Shown in pieces: positions 21,389 through 29,887 of a stretch of DNA of 36,206 nucleotides. A model generated the notes under the pieces. That model saw only the letters and a program-made list of their open reading frames with translations, had not been told where the DNA came from and did not search any database. Source of the stretch: a candidate division WOR-3 bacterium. Lineage in GTDB: Bacteria; Hydrothermota; UBA3073; NMUJ01. Numbering within the stretch: the first letter of the stretch is position 1; every line of letters starts with the position of its first letter. Location: contig JAGGUB010000042.1 of assembly GCA_021158725.1 (NCBI GenBank), positions 1-36,206 on the forward strand, in the 5' to 3' direction. The position numbers and the translations under genes were made by a program.

Positions 21389-22014
21389 TGGCAAGATACA
21401 CTGGACCAAAATGTCGTCTATGTAGGCGTGAAGGTGTTAAACTGTATCTTAAGGGTGACAAATGTTATAGTGAGAAGTGTCCACTTGAACGCCGTAGACC
21501 CGGCCCGCCGGGCGAGCGTCCCAAGAAGATCATAAAGAAACCCACTGGTTATGCGTTACATCTGCGTGAGAAACAGAAAGTACGTCGCCACTATATGGTA
21601 TCAGAGACACAATTTAGACGCTACTTCGAGATGGCAGAAAGGATGGAGGGCGATACGGGTGAACTACTCTTCCAGCTACTCGAGAGGCGGCTCGACAATG
21701 TAGTGTATAGACTCAAATGGGCACCTTCACGTGCAGCAGCACGGCAGCTGGTAGCACATCGACATGTATTAGTTAATGGGAGAAGGGTTAGCATACCGTC
21801 AATACTTGTGCGTGTGGGAGATAAGATTGAGTTACATCCCGATAGTAGAGACATACAGCCGGTACAGTTGGGATTGAAACAGGATCGTGATATACCAAGT
21901 TGGTTGCAGCTCGACGGTGATCAGTTTACTGCAAAGGTGGTAGCATTGCCCACACTCGCAAACGTGGACATACCTGTTAACCCCGGTATGATAATTGAAT
22001 TCTATTCTAAATAA
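21388..22014 (+). CDS. rpsD: 30S ribosomal protein S4 (Zn-binding form)
   Basis: [16 protein letters not shown]...C...C; LREKQK; LERRLDNVVYR; AARQLVAH. Confidence 0.99.
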   Translation: MARYTGPKCRLCRREGVKLYLKGDKCYSEKCPLERRRPGPPGERPKKIIKKPTGYALHLREKQKVRRHYMVSETQFRRYFEMAERMEGDTGELLFQLLERRLDNVVYRLKWAPSRAAARQLVAHRHVLVNGRRVSIPSILVRVGDKIELHPDSRDIQPVQLGLKQDRDIPSWLQLDGDQFTAKVVALPTLANVDIPVNPGMIIEFYSK

Positions 22015-22025
22015 TTGGAGGGTAT

Positions 22026-23018
22026 ATGAAGTTTGTAAGATATAAATTACCAGAGAGAATTGAAATCCTGGAACATACTCCATCCTATGGTAAGTTCCTC
22101 TTTACACCACTTGAAAAAGGTATGGGTTGGGCGATAGGCAATGCACTAAGGAGGGTGCTTTTGTCGTCAATACCTGGGGCAGCGATAACCGCGTTACGGA
22201 TCGATGGTGTATCACATGAATTCTCGTCACTCGAAAACATACGCGAAGATGTACCTGAAATTATACTCAACCTTAAGAAGGTAAAGTTAAAGCTGACGGA
22301 GGTCTTCGAGACCACATTGAGGCTGGAGGTACAGAAGAAAGGTGAAGTGAAAGCTAAGGATTTAAAAGGTGATCACCATGTGGAGATCGTGAATCCCGAT
22401 CAATATCTATTTACGGTGGTTGAGGACCTCGAGCGTCCATTACGGATGGAGATGGAAGTGACTACTGGTCGAGGTTATACGCCGCTCGAGTATTTGAGAC
22501 GCAAAAATGCACCTGTAGGCACTATATTTATAGATGGATTGTATTCACCCGTCACAAGGGTGACCTTCGAGGTTGGCACTACACGTGTGGAGGAACGTGT
22601 GGATTATGATGAATTAACCATGGAGATATGGACTGATGGCAGGGTTGACCCTAAATCAGCGCTCGTGGCAGCAAGTAAGTTGCTCATATTACATATGGAA
22701 AGGATATCAGAGCTTGAGGCTGTACCGGTTGAACTCGTGAAGGGGCTCACAAAGGAGGAAGAAGAATTTCTACGTAAGATACAACAACCTATTGATACAC
22801 TCAAAGATATAATAAGTTCACGTACCCTGAAAGCACTTAAGGATGCAGGGATTGAAACCGTTAGTGACCTCATACAGTATTCCGAGGAAGAGATTTACCA
22901 AATACCCAATATTGGACGTAAGTCGATCGATCAATTGAAGGCAGCACTGGGTATGCTGAATCTTGCCCTCGGTATGCAGCTTGAGGAGAAGTTCAAAAAA
23001 TATATAATAGAGAAGTGA
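22026..23018 (+). CDS. rpoA: RNA polymerase subunit alpha
   Basis: PLEKGMGWAIGNALRRVLLSSIPGAAIT...HEFS...EDVPEIILNLK; CTD with PNIGRKS. Confidence 0.99.
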   Translation: MKFVRYKLPERIEILEHTPSYGKFLFTPLEKGMGWAIGNALRRVLLSSIPGAAITALRIDGVSHEFSSLENIREDVPEIILNLKKVKLKLTEVFETTLRLEVQKKGEVKAKDLKGDHHVEIVNPDQYLFTVVEDLERPLRMEMEVTTGRGYTPLEYLRRKNAPVGTIFIDGLYSPVTRVTFEVGTTRVEERVDYDELTMEIWTDGRVDPKSALVAASKLLILHMERISELEAVPVELVKGLTKEEEEFLRKIQQPIDTLKDIISSRTLKALKDAGIETVSDLIQYSEEEIYQIPNIGRKSIDQLKAALGMLNLALGMQLEEKFKKYIIEK

Positions 23019-23019
23019 C

Positions 23020-23427
23020 ATGCGTCACAAAGTGAAACGCATCAAATTGAGTCGGCACCTCGACCATAAGCGTGCTCTATTGCGTAACCTTGTAGCTGCA
23101 TTGTTCACACATAAAGCTATTGTCACCACAGAGGCGAAGGCACGTGCGGCACGCTCGCTTGCGGAACGGTTGATACATATCGCCAAAAGGGGAGACCTGG
23201 CTGCCCGTAGGGAAGTATTGGCGAGGTTACCACAACCAGATATCGTAAGGCATCTCTTTGACGTTATAGTGCCAAAAGTACGTGAGAGGGAAGGGGGTTA
23301 CACTCAAATATTACACTATGGGATAAGGAAGAGCGACGGTGCACGTCTTGTCCTCTGGAAGTTGACCGACTTCGAGAAAGAGGTGACAACCAAACCAGAG
23401 GAAAAATCCGCCAAACAAGGAGCATGA
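23020..23427 (+). CDS. rplQ: 50S ribosomal protein L17
   Basis: MRH...KLSR...HKRALLRNL...ITT.AKA...R.GGYT; last gene of the alpha cluster. Confidence 0.99.
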   Translation: MRHKVKRIKLSRHLDHKRALLRNLVAALFTHKAIVTTEAKARAARSLAERLIHIAKRGDLAARREVLARLPQPDIVRHLFDVIVPKVREREGGYTQILHYGIRKSDGARLVLWKLTDFEKEVTTKPEEKSAKQGA

Positions 23428-24386
23428 TGCGGAAGGTTGCATCTTTGTTATTTTTGTTTTGGATAGGTTCGTTATTTGCAGAGGTGAAGATTGGGTTCAT
23501 TAACTCACAAAGAATACTGGATGGATATCGTGGCAAAGAGACATTACTAAATGAATACAATAGACGTAAGCAAGAATGGGAGGCAAAGGCACAACAGATG
23601 CAAACCGAAATACGCGATATGTACAATGCCTTAGAAGAGCAACGTGCAATGCTATCCGAAGAGGCGTTTGATAGAAGGCTCTCAGAAATCCGTCAGAAGG
23701 AGGCTGAATATCAACAATTCTTACAGGAAGTGTTTGCCCCAGGTGGTAAGCTTGAGCAACTCTATAGCGAGGTGATGGATCCCTTCATACGTAGGGTGAA
23801 GGAGATAACCCAGAGAATAGCACAGGAGGAGGGTTATACGGTGATACTCGATCTTGCCAGCGGTATGGTACTTTACTATGATGAGAAAGACGACCTTACC
23901 CAGAAGGTGCTCAACGAGCTAAATGCTGAGTTTGTACAGGCTGAAATAGATACAACACCATCGTTGCTCGGTAAGCCACGTTTCTGGGTGTTTAAATTCA
24001 AAGAGTTGGACGATGAAAGCAAGCGGTTAGGGTTAGGTAGCAAGATGGCGAGCTTCATGAAGGCCGCTATCGCAGTCATCGGTAAATATGAGATAGCTGA
24101 AAAGGATCGTATCAACAGCGCCATAGGGGATGCAGGGCTTATAGGTAAGAGGGAAGAGGACTTCGATTTCCACGATGCATTGGAGGTGGGTAGGTTGGTA
24201 CCACTTGATCTGGTCATTATTGGTGAAGTTAGCACATCGGGTGGTGTAGTCACCGGCAAATGTAAAGTTATAAGTGTAAAAGAGGAGGCTGTGATAAGTG
24301 AGGTTGAAGAGACCATGACGGGTACGTCTGAGGAGGCTATAAAGACGCTTGTCTCGAAGATGGTGGAGAAAATACAGTTTCCATGA
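23424..24386 (+). CDS. OmpH/Skp periplasmic chaperone fused to a C-terminal alpha/beta domain (CsgG/FlgO/TolB_N-like)
   Basis: Signal peptide, then KIGFINSQRIL...coiled coil...IAQEEGYTVILD...DLTQKVLNELN (Skp), plus about 140 extra aa; directly upstream of lpxD as skp usually is. Confidence 0.85.
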   Translation: MMRKVASLLFLFWIGSLFAEVKIGFINSQRILDGYRGKETLLNEYNRRKQEWEAKAQQMQTEIRDMYNALEEQRAMLSEEAFDRRLSEIRQKEAEYQQFLQEVFAPGGKLEQLYSEVMDPFIRRVKEITQRIAQEEGYTVILDLASGMVLYYDEKDDLTQKVLNELNAEFVQAEIDTTPSLLGKPRFWVFKFKELDDESKRLGLGSKMASFMKAAIAVIGKYEIAEKDRINSAIGDAGLIGKREEDFDFHDALEVGRLVPLDLVIIGEVSTSGGVVTGKCKVISVKEEAVISEVEETMTGTSEEAIKTLVSKMVEKIQFP

Positions 24387-25390
24387 AAGTAAAAGATATA
24401 GCAGATATACTGGATGGTGAAGTAGATGGTGACCCCGAGCATGAGATCAAAGATATAGCACCTGTTGACGAAGTTGACGAAGATACGATCGCTGTATTAC
24501 GTAAGGAGGAGGATTGGCATAAGATTAAAAAGAAGGCTGGCGCTGTAGTGATCCCACCTAATGTAGTACCAGACCGCAAGTTAAGCTATAGTTTCATAAG
24601 GGTTAAAAATACAGAGGTTGCCTTTGTGCGGCTCGTTGAGCTATTTTATCCAAGGGAGGTACCACAGCCCTCCATAAGCCCAATGGCATACTTAGGTGAG
24701 GTCAAGTTAGGCAAAAATGTGCACATAGGTGCATATACATGGATAGGGGATGCGGTTGAGATAGGTGATCGTACCGTCGTACATCCGTTCGTATACATTG
24801 CAGGGGGTACCAAGATAGGTGCTAACACTGTAATATATCCAGGTGTCGTAATCTATCCACGTGTTACAATAGGGTCGAATGTCGTGATACATAGTGGTAC
24901 AATCATCGGTAGCCCCGGTTTTGGCTACGTAAGGTGTGAAGATGGATGGTTACATATACCACAGGTTGGCGGTGTAGTTATCGAGGATGACGTTCATATA
25001 GGGGCAAATGTCACCATAGATAGTGGAACGTTACGACCTACTCATATCGGTAAAGGGGTTAAGATCGATAATCTCGTCCAAATCGCACATAATGTGAAGA
25101 TAGGTGAGAACACGGTTATTGCGGCACAAACCGGTATCGCAGGTAGCTCAGAGCTCGGCAACTGGGTGATGTTGGGAGGGCAAGTGGGTATCACTGACCA
25201 TGTGAAGTTAGGCGATGGTGTTATGGTAGCTGCACAGTCAGGTGTTACGAAGAGTGCACCACCGAATACTAAGCTGTTTGGTTATCCCGCACGTGAATAT
25301 AATAAAGCACGACGTACCTATGCGATATTGTTTGAATTACCGCAAATTGCACGTAAAGTGAAAGAACTGGAGAAACGGTTAAAAGAATGA
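24383..25390 (+). CDS. lpxD: UDP-3-O-acyl-glucosamine N-acyltransferase LpxD
   Basis: Hexapeptide repeats; IGSPGFGY, IPQVGGVVIEDDVHIGANVTID, KIDNLVQIAHNVKIG, GQVGITDH. Confidence 0.97.
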   Translation: MKVKDIADILDGEVDGDPEHEIKDIAPVDEVDEDTIAVLRKEEDWHKIKKKAGAVVIPPNVVPDRKLSYSFIRVKNTEVAFVRLVELFYPREVPQPSISPMAYLGEVKLGKNVHIGAYTWIGDAVEIGDRTVVHPFVYIAGGTKIGANTVIYPGVVIYPRVTIGSNVVIHSGTIIGSPGFGYVRCEDGWLHIPQVGGVVIEDDVHIGANVTIDSGTLRPTHIGKGVKIDNLVQIAHNVKIGENTVIAAQTGIAGSSELGNWVMLGGQVGITDHVKLGDGVMVAAQSGVTKSAPPNTKLFGYPAREYNKARRTYAILFELPQIARKVKELEKRLKE

Positions 25391-25782
25391 GAGGTATGAA
25401 GATTTTTACACCACTCGAACAGAAGCTTCTACTTATATTGCTGGCAGGTGTATTCGTAGGGGTTATAGTGTATTGGCTAAAGCTAAAGGAAAGCCCAGTG
25501 GTGAGTGAGTTCGTAATTGAAACCATCGGCACATCTGTAGATACTATAAAAGAAGGTGAATCGAATATCCATATGGTATCACAAAAGAAGGTTAACCTCA
25601 ATACCGCTACGTTTGAGGAACTTTTGAGCCTACCAGGTGTAGGCCCCACCATTGCAAATGAGATCATAAAATATCGTGAGAAACATAAATTTACAAAGAT
25701 AACAGATATAATGAAGGTACCGGGGATAGGTAAGAAGAAGTTTGCAAGACTAAAAGATTTGATATGTGTAAATGAACGATAA
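25387..25782 (+). CDS. comEA: ComEA-family helix-hairpin-helix DNA-binding protein with N-terminal membrane anchor
   Basis: KVNLNTATFEELLSLPGVGPTIANEIIKYR...DIMKVPGIGKKKF; one N-terminal TM helix. Confidence 0.85.
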   Translation: MRGMKIFTPLEQKLLLILLAGVFVGVIVYWLKLKESPVVSEFVIETIGTSVDTIKEGESNIHMVSQKKVNLNTATFEELLSLPGVGPTIANEIIKYREKHKFTKITDIMKVPGIGKKKFARLKDLICVNER

Positions 25783-26071
25783 ACCCAAAGACGCAAAGAT
25801 AATCTGTAGGTGTGAAGATCTCACAGAGGATGAAATCATAAAATATATTGAACAGGGCTACCATACGCTCGAGGAGATTAAGAGAGCTTCACGTGCAGGC
25901 ATGGGACACTGTCAGGGTAGGACCTGTCAAAGATTGATCGCACAAATCATTAGCAAGAAACTTGGTATTCCACTGGAAAATATAAAACCACCTACGGCAC
26001 GTCCACCTGTAAAACCTATACCTATTAAAGCTATTCTAAACTTAAAACGTAAAGATACTACACAGGATTAA
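25772..26071 (+). CDS. BFD-like (2Fe-2S)-binding protein
   Basis: ICRCEDLT...LEEIKRASRAGMGHCQGRTC...RPPVKP. Confidence 0.9.
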   Translation: MNDKPKDAKIICRCEDLTEDEIIKYIEQGYHTLEEIKRASRAGMGHCQGRTCQRLIAQIISKKLGIPLENIKPPTARPPVKPIPIKAILNLKRKDTTQD

Positions 26072-27372
26072 CGACCTACACCGCTGTAGGTGAAGCCCAA
26101 CTCTTTCATAACTCTGGGTTCGAGGAGGTTTACCCCATCAATTATTATAGGGGTGGACATACCCTTCTTAAGGCGTCGATAATCGAGTTGCTTGAACTCC
26201 TCCCATCCTACTAATAGGAGTAATAGATCTAAATCTTTGAATTCATAAGGAGTGGCACAATACTCAATATCGGGGAGTATGGTTTTGGCTTCATCCATGG
26301 CCATTGGATCATAAGCTTTTATTAATGCACCCCCCTGTTTCAACAGTTTCACTATCCTAACAGCGGGTGAGTTACGTATGTCCTTGGTACCTGGTTTAAA
26401 AGATAGCCCCAACACACCGATTGTTTTCCCATAGAGGATACCACCAAGTGCCTTCTTTACTTTCCACACTATGGACTGTATTTGTTCCTCGTTTCTTTCG
26501 AGTATGGACTTTAAAAAGCGTGGCTCATAGTCATAGGATTGTGCCATGTGGATGAGCGCTTTCAAATCTTTTGTAAGACATGGTCCACCAAACCCTATAC
26601 CGGGGGAGAGATATCCATCGCCTAACCTGGGATCATAGCTTAACCCTTTTATGACATTTTTGATATCAGCGCCTACTCTTTCTGAGATCGTAGCTATCTC
26701 ATTTATAAACGATATGCGGGAAGCAAGAAAGGCATTTGCTGCATACTTTATCATCTGTGCATCTATTGGTGGGGTTATGAGGATCGGTGTTGATAATGGT
26801 TTATAAAGTTGAGCCACAACCTGAGCCGCTTGCTTGTTGTCTGCTCCTATGACCACTCTGGAGGGTTTGAAAAAGTCATGGATTGCATTCCCTTCACGCA
26901 GGAATTCGGGGTTAACCACGAGATCGAAATCTTTACCTTCCTTACGTTTTTGTGACAGTATGTTCCTGATGAGGTCGACGCTCCCCACAGGGACGGTACT
27001 TTTTATCACGATGATCTTATAGTTATTTATTGATTCACTTAACCCATGTGCTACATCTATTATCTGAGAGAGATCAGCTTCACCAGTATCTTTAGTTGGT
27101 GTACCCACAGCTACGAAGATGATGGAAGATGACCTAACTGCTTCGTTTAAGTCTACCGTAAAGGTGAGCCTATGTCGGTTTTTACGTAGTAGCTGGTCCA
27201 TACCTGTTTCATAAATGGGTGAGATGCCGCGGTTTAATGCCTTGATCTTCTCGTCATCAACGTCCACCCCGATAACTTTATGCCCTAACTCAGCAAACCC
27301 TACTGCTGTGGTAAGCCCCACGTAACCCAACCCTATAACAGATAAAGTTTGTGATGTGGGACTGTGGTTCAT
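26068..27372 (-). CDS. ugd: UDP-glucose 6-dehydrogenase family protein
   Basis: VIGLGYVGL, FVAVGTP, IKSTVPVG, NPEFLREG, KYAANAFLA.RISFINE, GFGGPCLTKD; start moved to ATG 27372 (ATGA overlap with the epimerase). Confidence 0.93.
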   Translation of the reverse strand: MNHSPTSQTLSVIGLGYVGLTTAVGFAELGHKVIGVDVDDEKIKALNRGISPIYETGMDQLLRKNRHRLTFTVDLNEAVRSSSIIFVAVGTPTKDTGEADLSQIIDVAHGLSESINNYKIIVIKSTVPVGSVDLIRNILSQKRKEGKDFDLVVNPEFLREGNAIHDFFKPSRVVIGADNKQAAQVVAQLYKPLSTPILITPPIDAQMIKYAANAFLASRISFINEIATISERVGADIKNVIKGLSYDPRLGDGYLSPGIGFGGPCLTKDLKALIHMAQSYDYEPRFLKSILERNEEQIQSIVWKVKKALGGILYGKTIGVLGLSFKPGTKDIRNSPAVRIVKLLKQGGALIKAYDPMAMDEAKTILPDIEYCATPYEFKDLDLLLLLVGWEEFKQLDYRRLKKGMSTPIIIDGVNLLEPRVMKELGFTYSGVGR

Positions 27373-28340
27373 AGTTGCACTTGTTTCAGCCAACCTCTGT
27401 TTTTCACATGCCACTCTACGGTCATTTTTAATCCGTCCTCTATACCTATACGGGGTTGCCAACCCAAAAGCTTATTTGCTTTCGATATATCAGCCCAGCT
27501 TGCTTTCATATCTGCTACATGGAATGGTTTATGTTCTATTTTTGCTTTTTTGTTGAGAAGCTTCTCAATCAACGAGATAATGTATTTCAGGGAGTAAGGT
27601 TTGTTACCGCCACCTAAATTTATTATCTCATAACCTACGTTTTTGAGCGCCTTTATTGTGCCTTCAGCAATGTCATCCACATAAGTGAAGTCACGACTCT
27701 GCGAACCATCTCCAAATAGTTGGAGGGGTGTCCCTTCATCTATCCATTTGATGAACCTAAATATACTCATATCGGGACGGCCAGCTGGCCCATAAACCGT
27801 GAAATATCTAAGAATGGATACATCAATCCCATATAAAGAGTGGTAAGTATAAGATAGAACTTCTGCCGCTTTTTTCGATGCAGCATAAGGAGAGATAGGT
27901 GTGTTGACAGGTAGGTCCTCCTTGAATGGCATATTTTGTCCTGCATATAGGGAAGATGTGGATGCAAGGACAAATTTTCTTATGTCAAATTCTTTACAGA
28001 GTTCCAACAGGTTAAGTGTACCAAGCGTGTTGGTGGTGAAGTATATGTGTGGATTTTCCACCGAGGCTCTTACACCAGCACGTGCAGCTAAATTTATGAC
28101 AGCATCGAATTTGTACTTCTGGAATAATGAGCGTAAGGCTTCGATATGTTCGATGTCAAGCTTGTGGAACGTAAAATTGGCGAATCTTTCCAGTTGATTC
28201 AACCGCCATTGCTTAAGTCTTACATCGTAGTGGTGATTTAAGTTGTCGATACCAACCACTGTGTAGCTATATTCTAACAACTTTTCACAAGTCTTCCAAC
28301 CTATAAAACCAGCCGCTCCCGTAACTAATATAGACCCCAT
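27369..28340 (-). CDS. NAD-dependent epimerase, UDP-glucuronate 4-epimerase-like
   Basis: TGAAGFIG, LAARAGVRAS, ASTSSLY, YAASK, RYFTVYGPAGRPDM, RDFTYVDDI. Confidence 0.88.
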   Translation of the reverse strand: MGSILVTGAAGFIGWKTCEKLLEYSYTVVGIDNLNHHYDVRLKQWRLNQLERFANFTFHKLDIEHIEALRSLFQKYKFDAVINLAARAGVRASVENPHIYFTTNTLGTLNLLELCKEFDIRKFVLASTSSLYAGQNMPFKEDLPVNTPISPYAASKKAAEVLSYTYHSLYGIDVSILRYFTVYGPAGRPDMSIFRFIKWIDEGTPLQLFGDGSQSRDFTYVDDIAEGTIKALKNVGYEIINLGGGNKPYSLKYIISLIEKLLNKKAKIEHKPFHVADMKASWADISKANKLLGWQPRIGIEDGLKMTVEWHVKNRGWLKQVQL

Positions 28341-28361
28341 AAGATGATTTCTGAATGTTTT

Positions 28362-28388
28362 AAGATACTAAACTATATTAATCGTCAA
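28362..28388 (-). promoter_or_regulatory. Putative promoter of epimerase-ugd
   Basis: Minus strand TTGACG-15 nt-TATCTT in the 89-nt divergent intergenic region. Confidence 0.4.
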
Positions 28389-28394
28389 GTTAGA

Positions 28395-28421
28395 TTGACT
28401 TTACTGAAAACCCCATAAAAT
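28395..28421 (+). promoter_or_regulatory. Putative promoter of SpoIID-like-nagB (leaderless or very short leader)
   Basis: TTGACT-15 nt-TAAAAT, 8 nt before ATG 28430; no SD. Confidence 0.55.
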
Positions 28422-28429
28422 AGAAGCAA

Positions 28430-29887
28430 ATGGCTACAGAGAAGCTGAAAGTATGTATATTCAAAGGGGATAAGGTGAAGATAGAGCTTCGGAAGCCCAT
28501 TAAATTCGGTAATCAAAAGCTACGTGCCGGGGTTTGGGAAGTAAGGAGCGAGATACTGAGTTCACCCCATATTGACTACTTTCTGGTAGTAGGTGAATCT
28601 GCCGAAAAGGATAGATTAGCAAGCACAATAAAAGAGTTTGAATCACGTGGCTATTCATCAAGTGTGATCAAATATAAAGGTATATGGTTTGCAGGTATAG
28701 GGCCGTTTCGGGTACCGGATCCGTTGCAGATATTGTCGCATCACAGTGTGTACTTCTTTCCCGAGGTGAAGCGTCCAGCTATAGCCAAGGTGATCGCCCG
28801 CAATATAAGCGATGGTCGAACAGTGCAGTTAGCTCAACACTTTTATGTATCACCAGGGGAGCCATTCGATCTCATCATATATAATAAAGTGGGTCGTGGG
28901 TTCCATTTTGAGTTTGAAGAGAGGCAGAGTTATGAAGGTGAGATCGAATTCACTATCGGTTATGATGGTAAACTTCTTCTTATTAATCATATAGAGCTCG
29001 AGAGATATCTTGCGAGTGTGATATCGTCGGAAATGCTGGTATCACTCCCAATGGAGGCGTTGAAGGCGCAAGCTGTGGTTGCCAGAAACTGGTTACTTAC
29101 GGCAGCCATCAAACACCATATAGGGGAGCCTTTTGATGTATGTAACGATGATCATTGTCAGGAATATCGCGGTATAAGAGATGGGAACAATATTGCCCGT
29201 AAGGTGATAGATGAGACCCGCGGTGAGGCGCTCTACTATAAGGGTAAACTTGTGGATACGAGGTTTGCGAAGGTATGTGGTGGTGTAACCGAGGAGTTTA
29301 ATAACGTATGGGGTGAAACCTTTTACTCATGCTCGATATTCGATGGCCCCGGTACGTATAATATGGATCTGCAAAAAGAAGATAATTTCAGGTTATGGAT
29401 AGAACAGCCACCACCTGCGTATTGCAACACACAGGGTGATACTGAATATTTCGAATACGGTAGAAAGTACTTCAGGTGGTACGAAACAATCGACCCATAT
29501 GCATTGCGTGAGATTATTAACAACAAGACTGGCATAGATATAGGGTATCCAGTACGGGTCAACCCCTTAAGACGTGGTAGATCTGGCCGTATATTACAGT
29601 TACAAATAAAGGGAGAAAAGGGGACACTCGATGTGACGGGTGAGCTTAAAATACGAGCAATACTGTCGCCCACGTATTTGCCAAGTTCTGCATTCTATGT
29701 GAAATACAATGGACAACAGTTCATATTGAGAGGAGCAGGTTGGGGCCACGGGGTTGGAATGTGTCAGGTAGGGGCAGCTAAGTTAGCATCTATAGGATGG
29801 AATTACAGGCAGATACTTTTACATTATTACCCAAATACGGAAGTTAGACAAATTCATGTCAAAAAGGAGGAGGGATGCGTGTCATAA
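28430..29887 (+). CDS. SpoIID/LytB-family peptidoglycan lytic transglycosylase
   Basis: ERYLASVISSEM, EALKAQAVVARN, DVCNDDHCQEYRG, GWGHGVGMCQVGA...YRQILLHYYP. Confidence 0.92.
   Translation: MATEKLKVCIFKGDKVKIELRKPIKFGNQKLRAGVWEVRSEILSSPHIDYFLVVGESAEKDRLASTIKEFESRGYSSSVIKYKGIWFAGIGPFRVPDPLQILSHHSVYFFPEVKRPAIAKVIARNISDGRTVQLAQHFYVSPGEPFDLIIYNKVGRGFHFEFEERQSYEGEIEFTIGYDGKLLLINHIELERYLASVISSEMLVSLPMEALKAQAVVARNWLLTAAIKHHIGEPFDVCNDDHCQEYRGIRDGNNIARKVIDETRGEALYYKGKLVDTRFAKVCGGVTEEFNNVWGETFYSCSIFDGPGTYNMDLQKEDNFRLWIEQPPPAYCNTQGDTEYFEYGRKYFRWYETIDPYALREIINNKTGIDIGYPVRVNPLRRGRSGRILQLQIKGEKGTLDVTGELKIRAILSPTYLPSSAFYVKYNGQQFILRGAGWGHGVGMCQVGAAKLASIGWNYRQILLHYYPNTEVRQIHVKKEEGCVS

Noticed and set aside
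9487-23427. Visible enrichment of ACGT/CACGTG/GTAC palindromes
   Set aside because: Largely explained by CGT Arg and GTA/ACA/ATA codons in Arg-rich ribosomal proteins; a k-mer test against codon-shuffled sequence is needed before claiming more.
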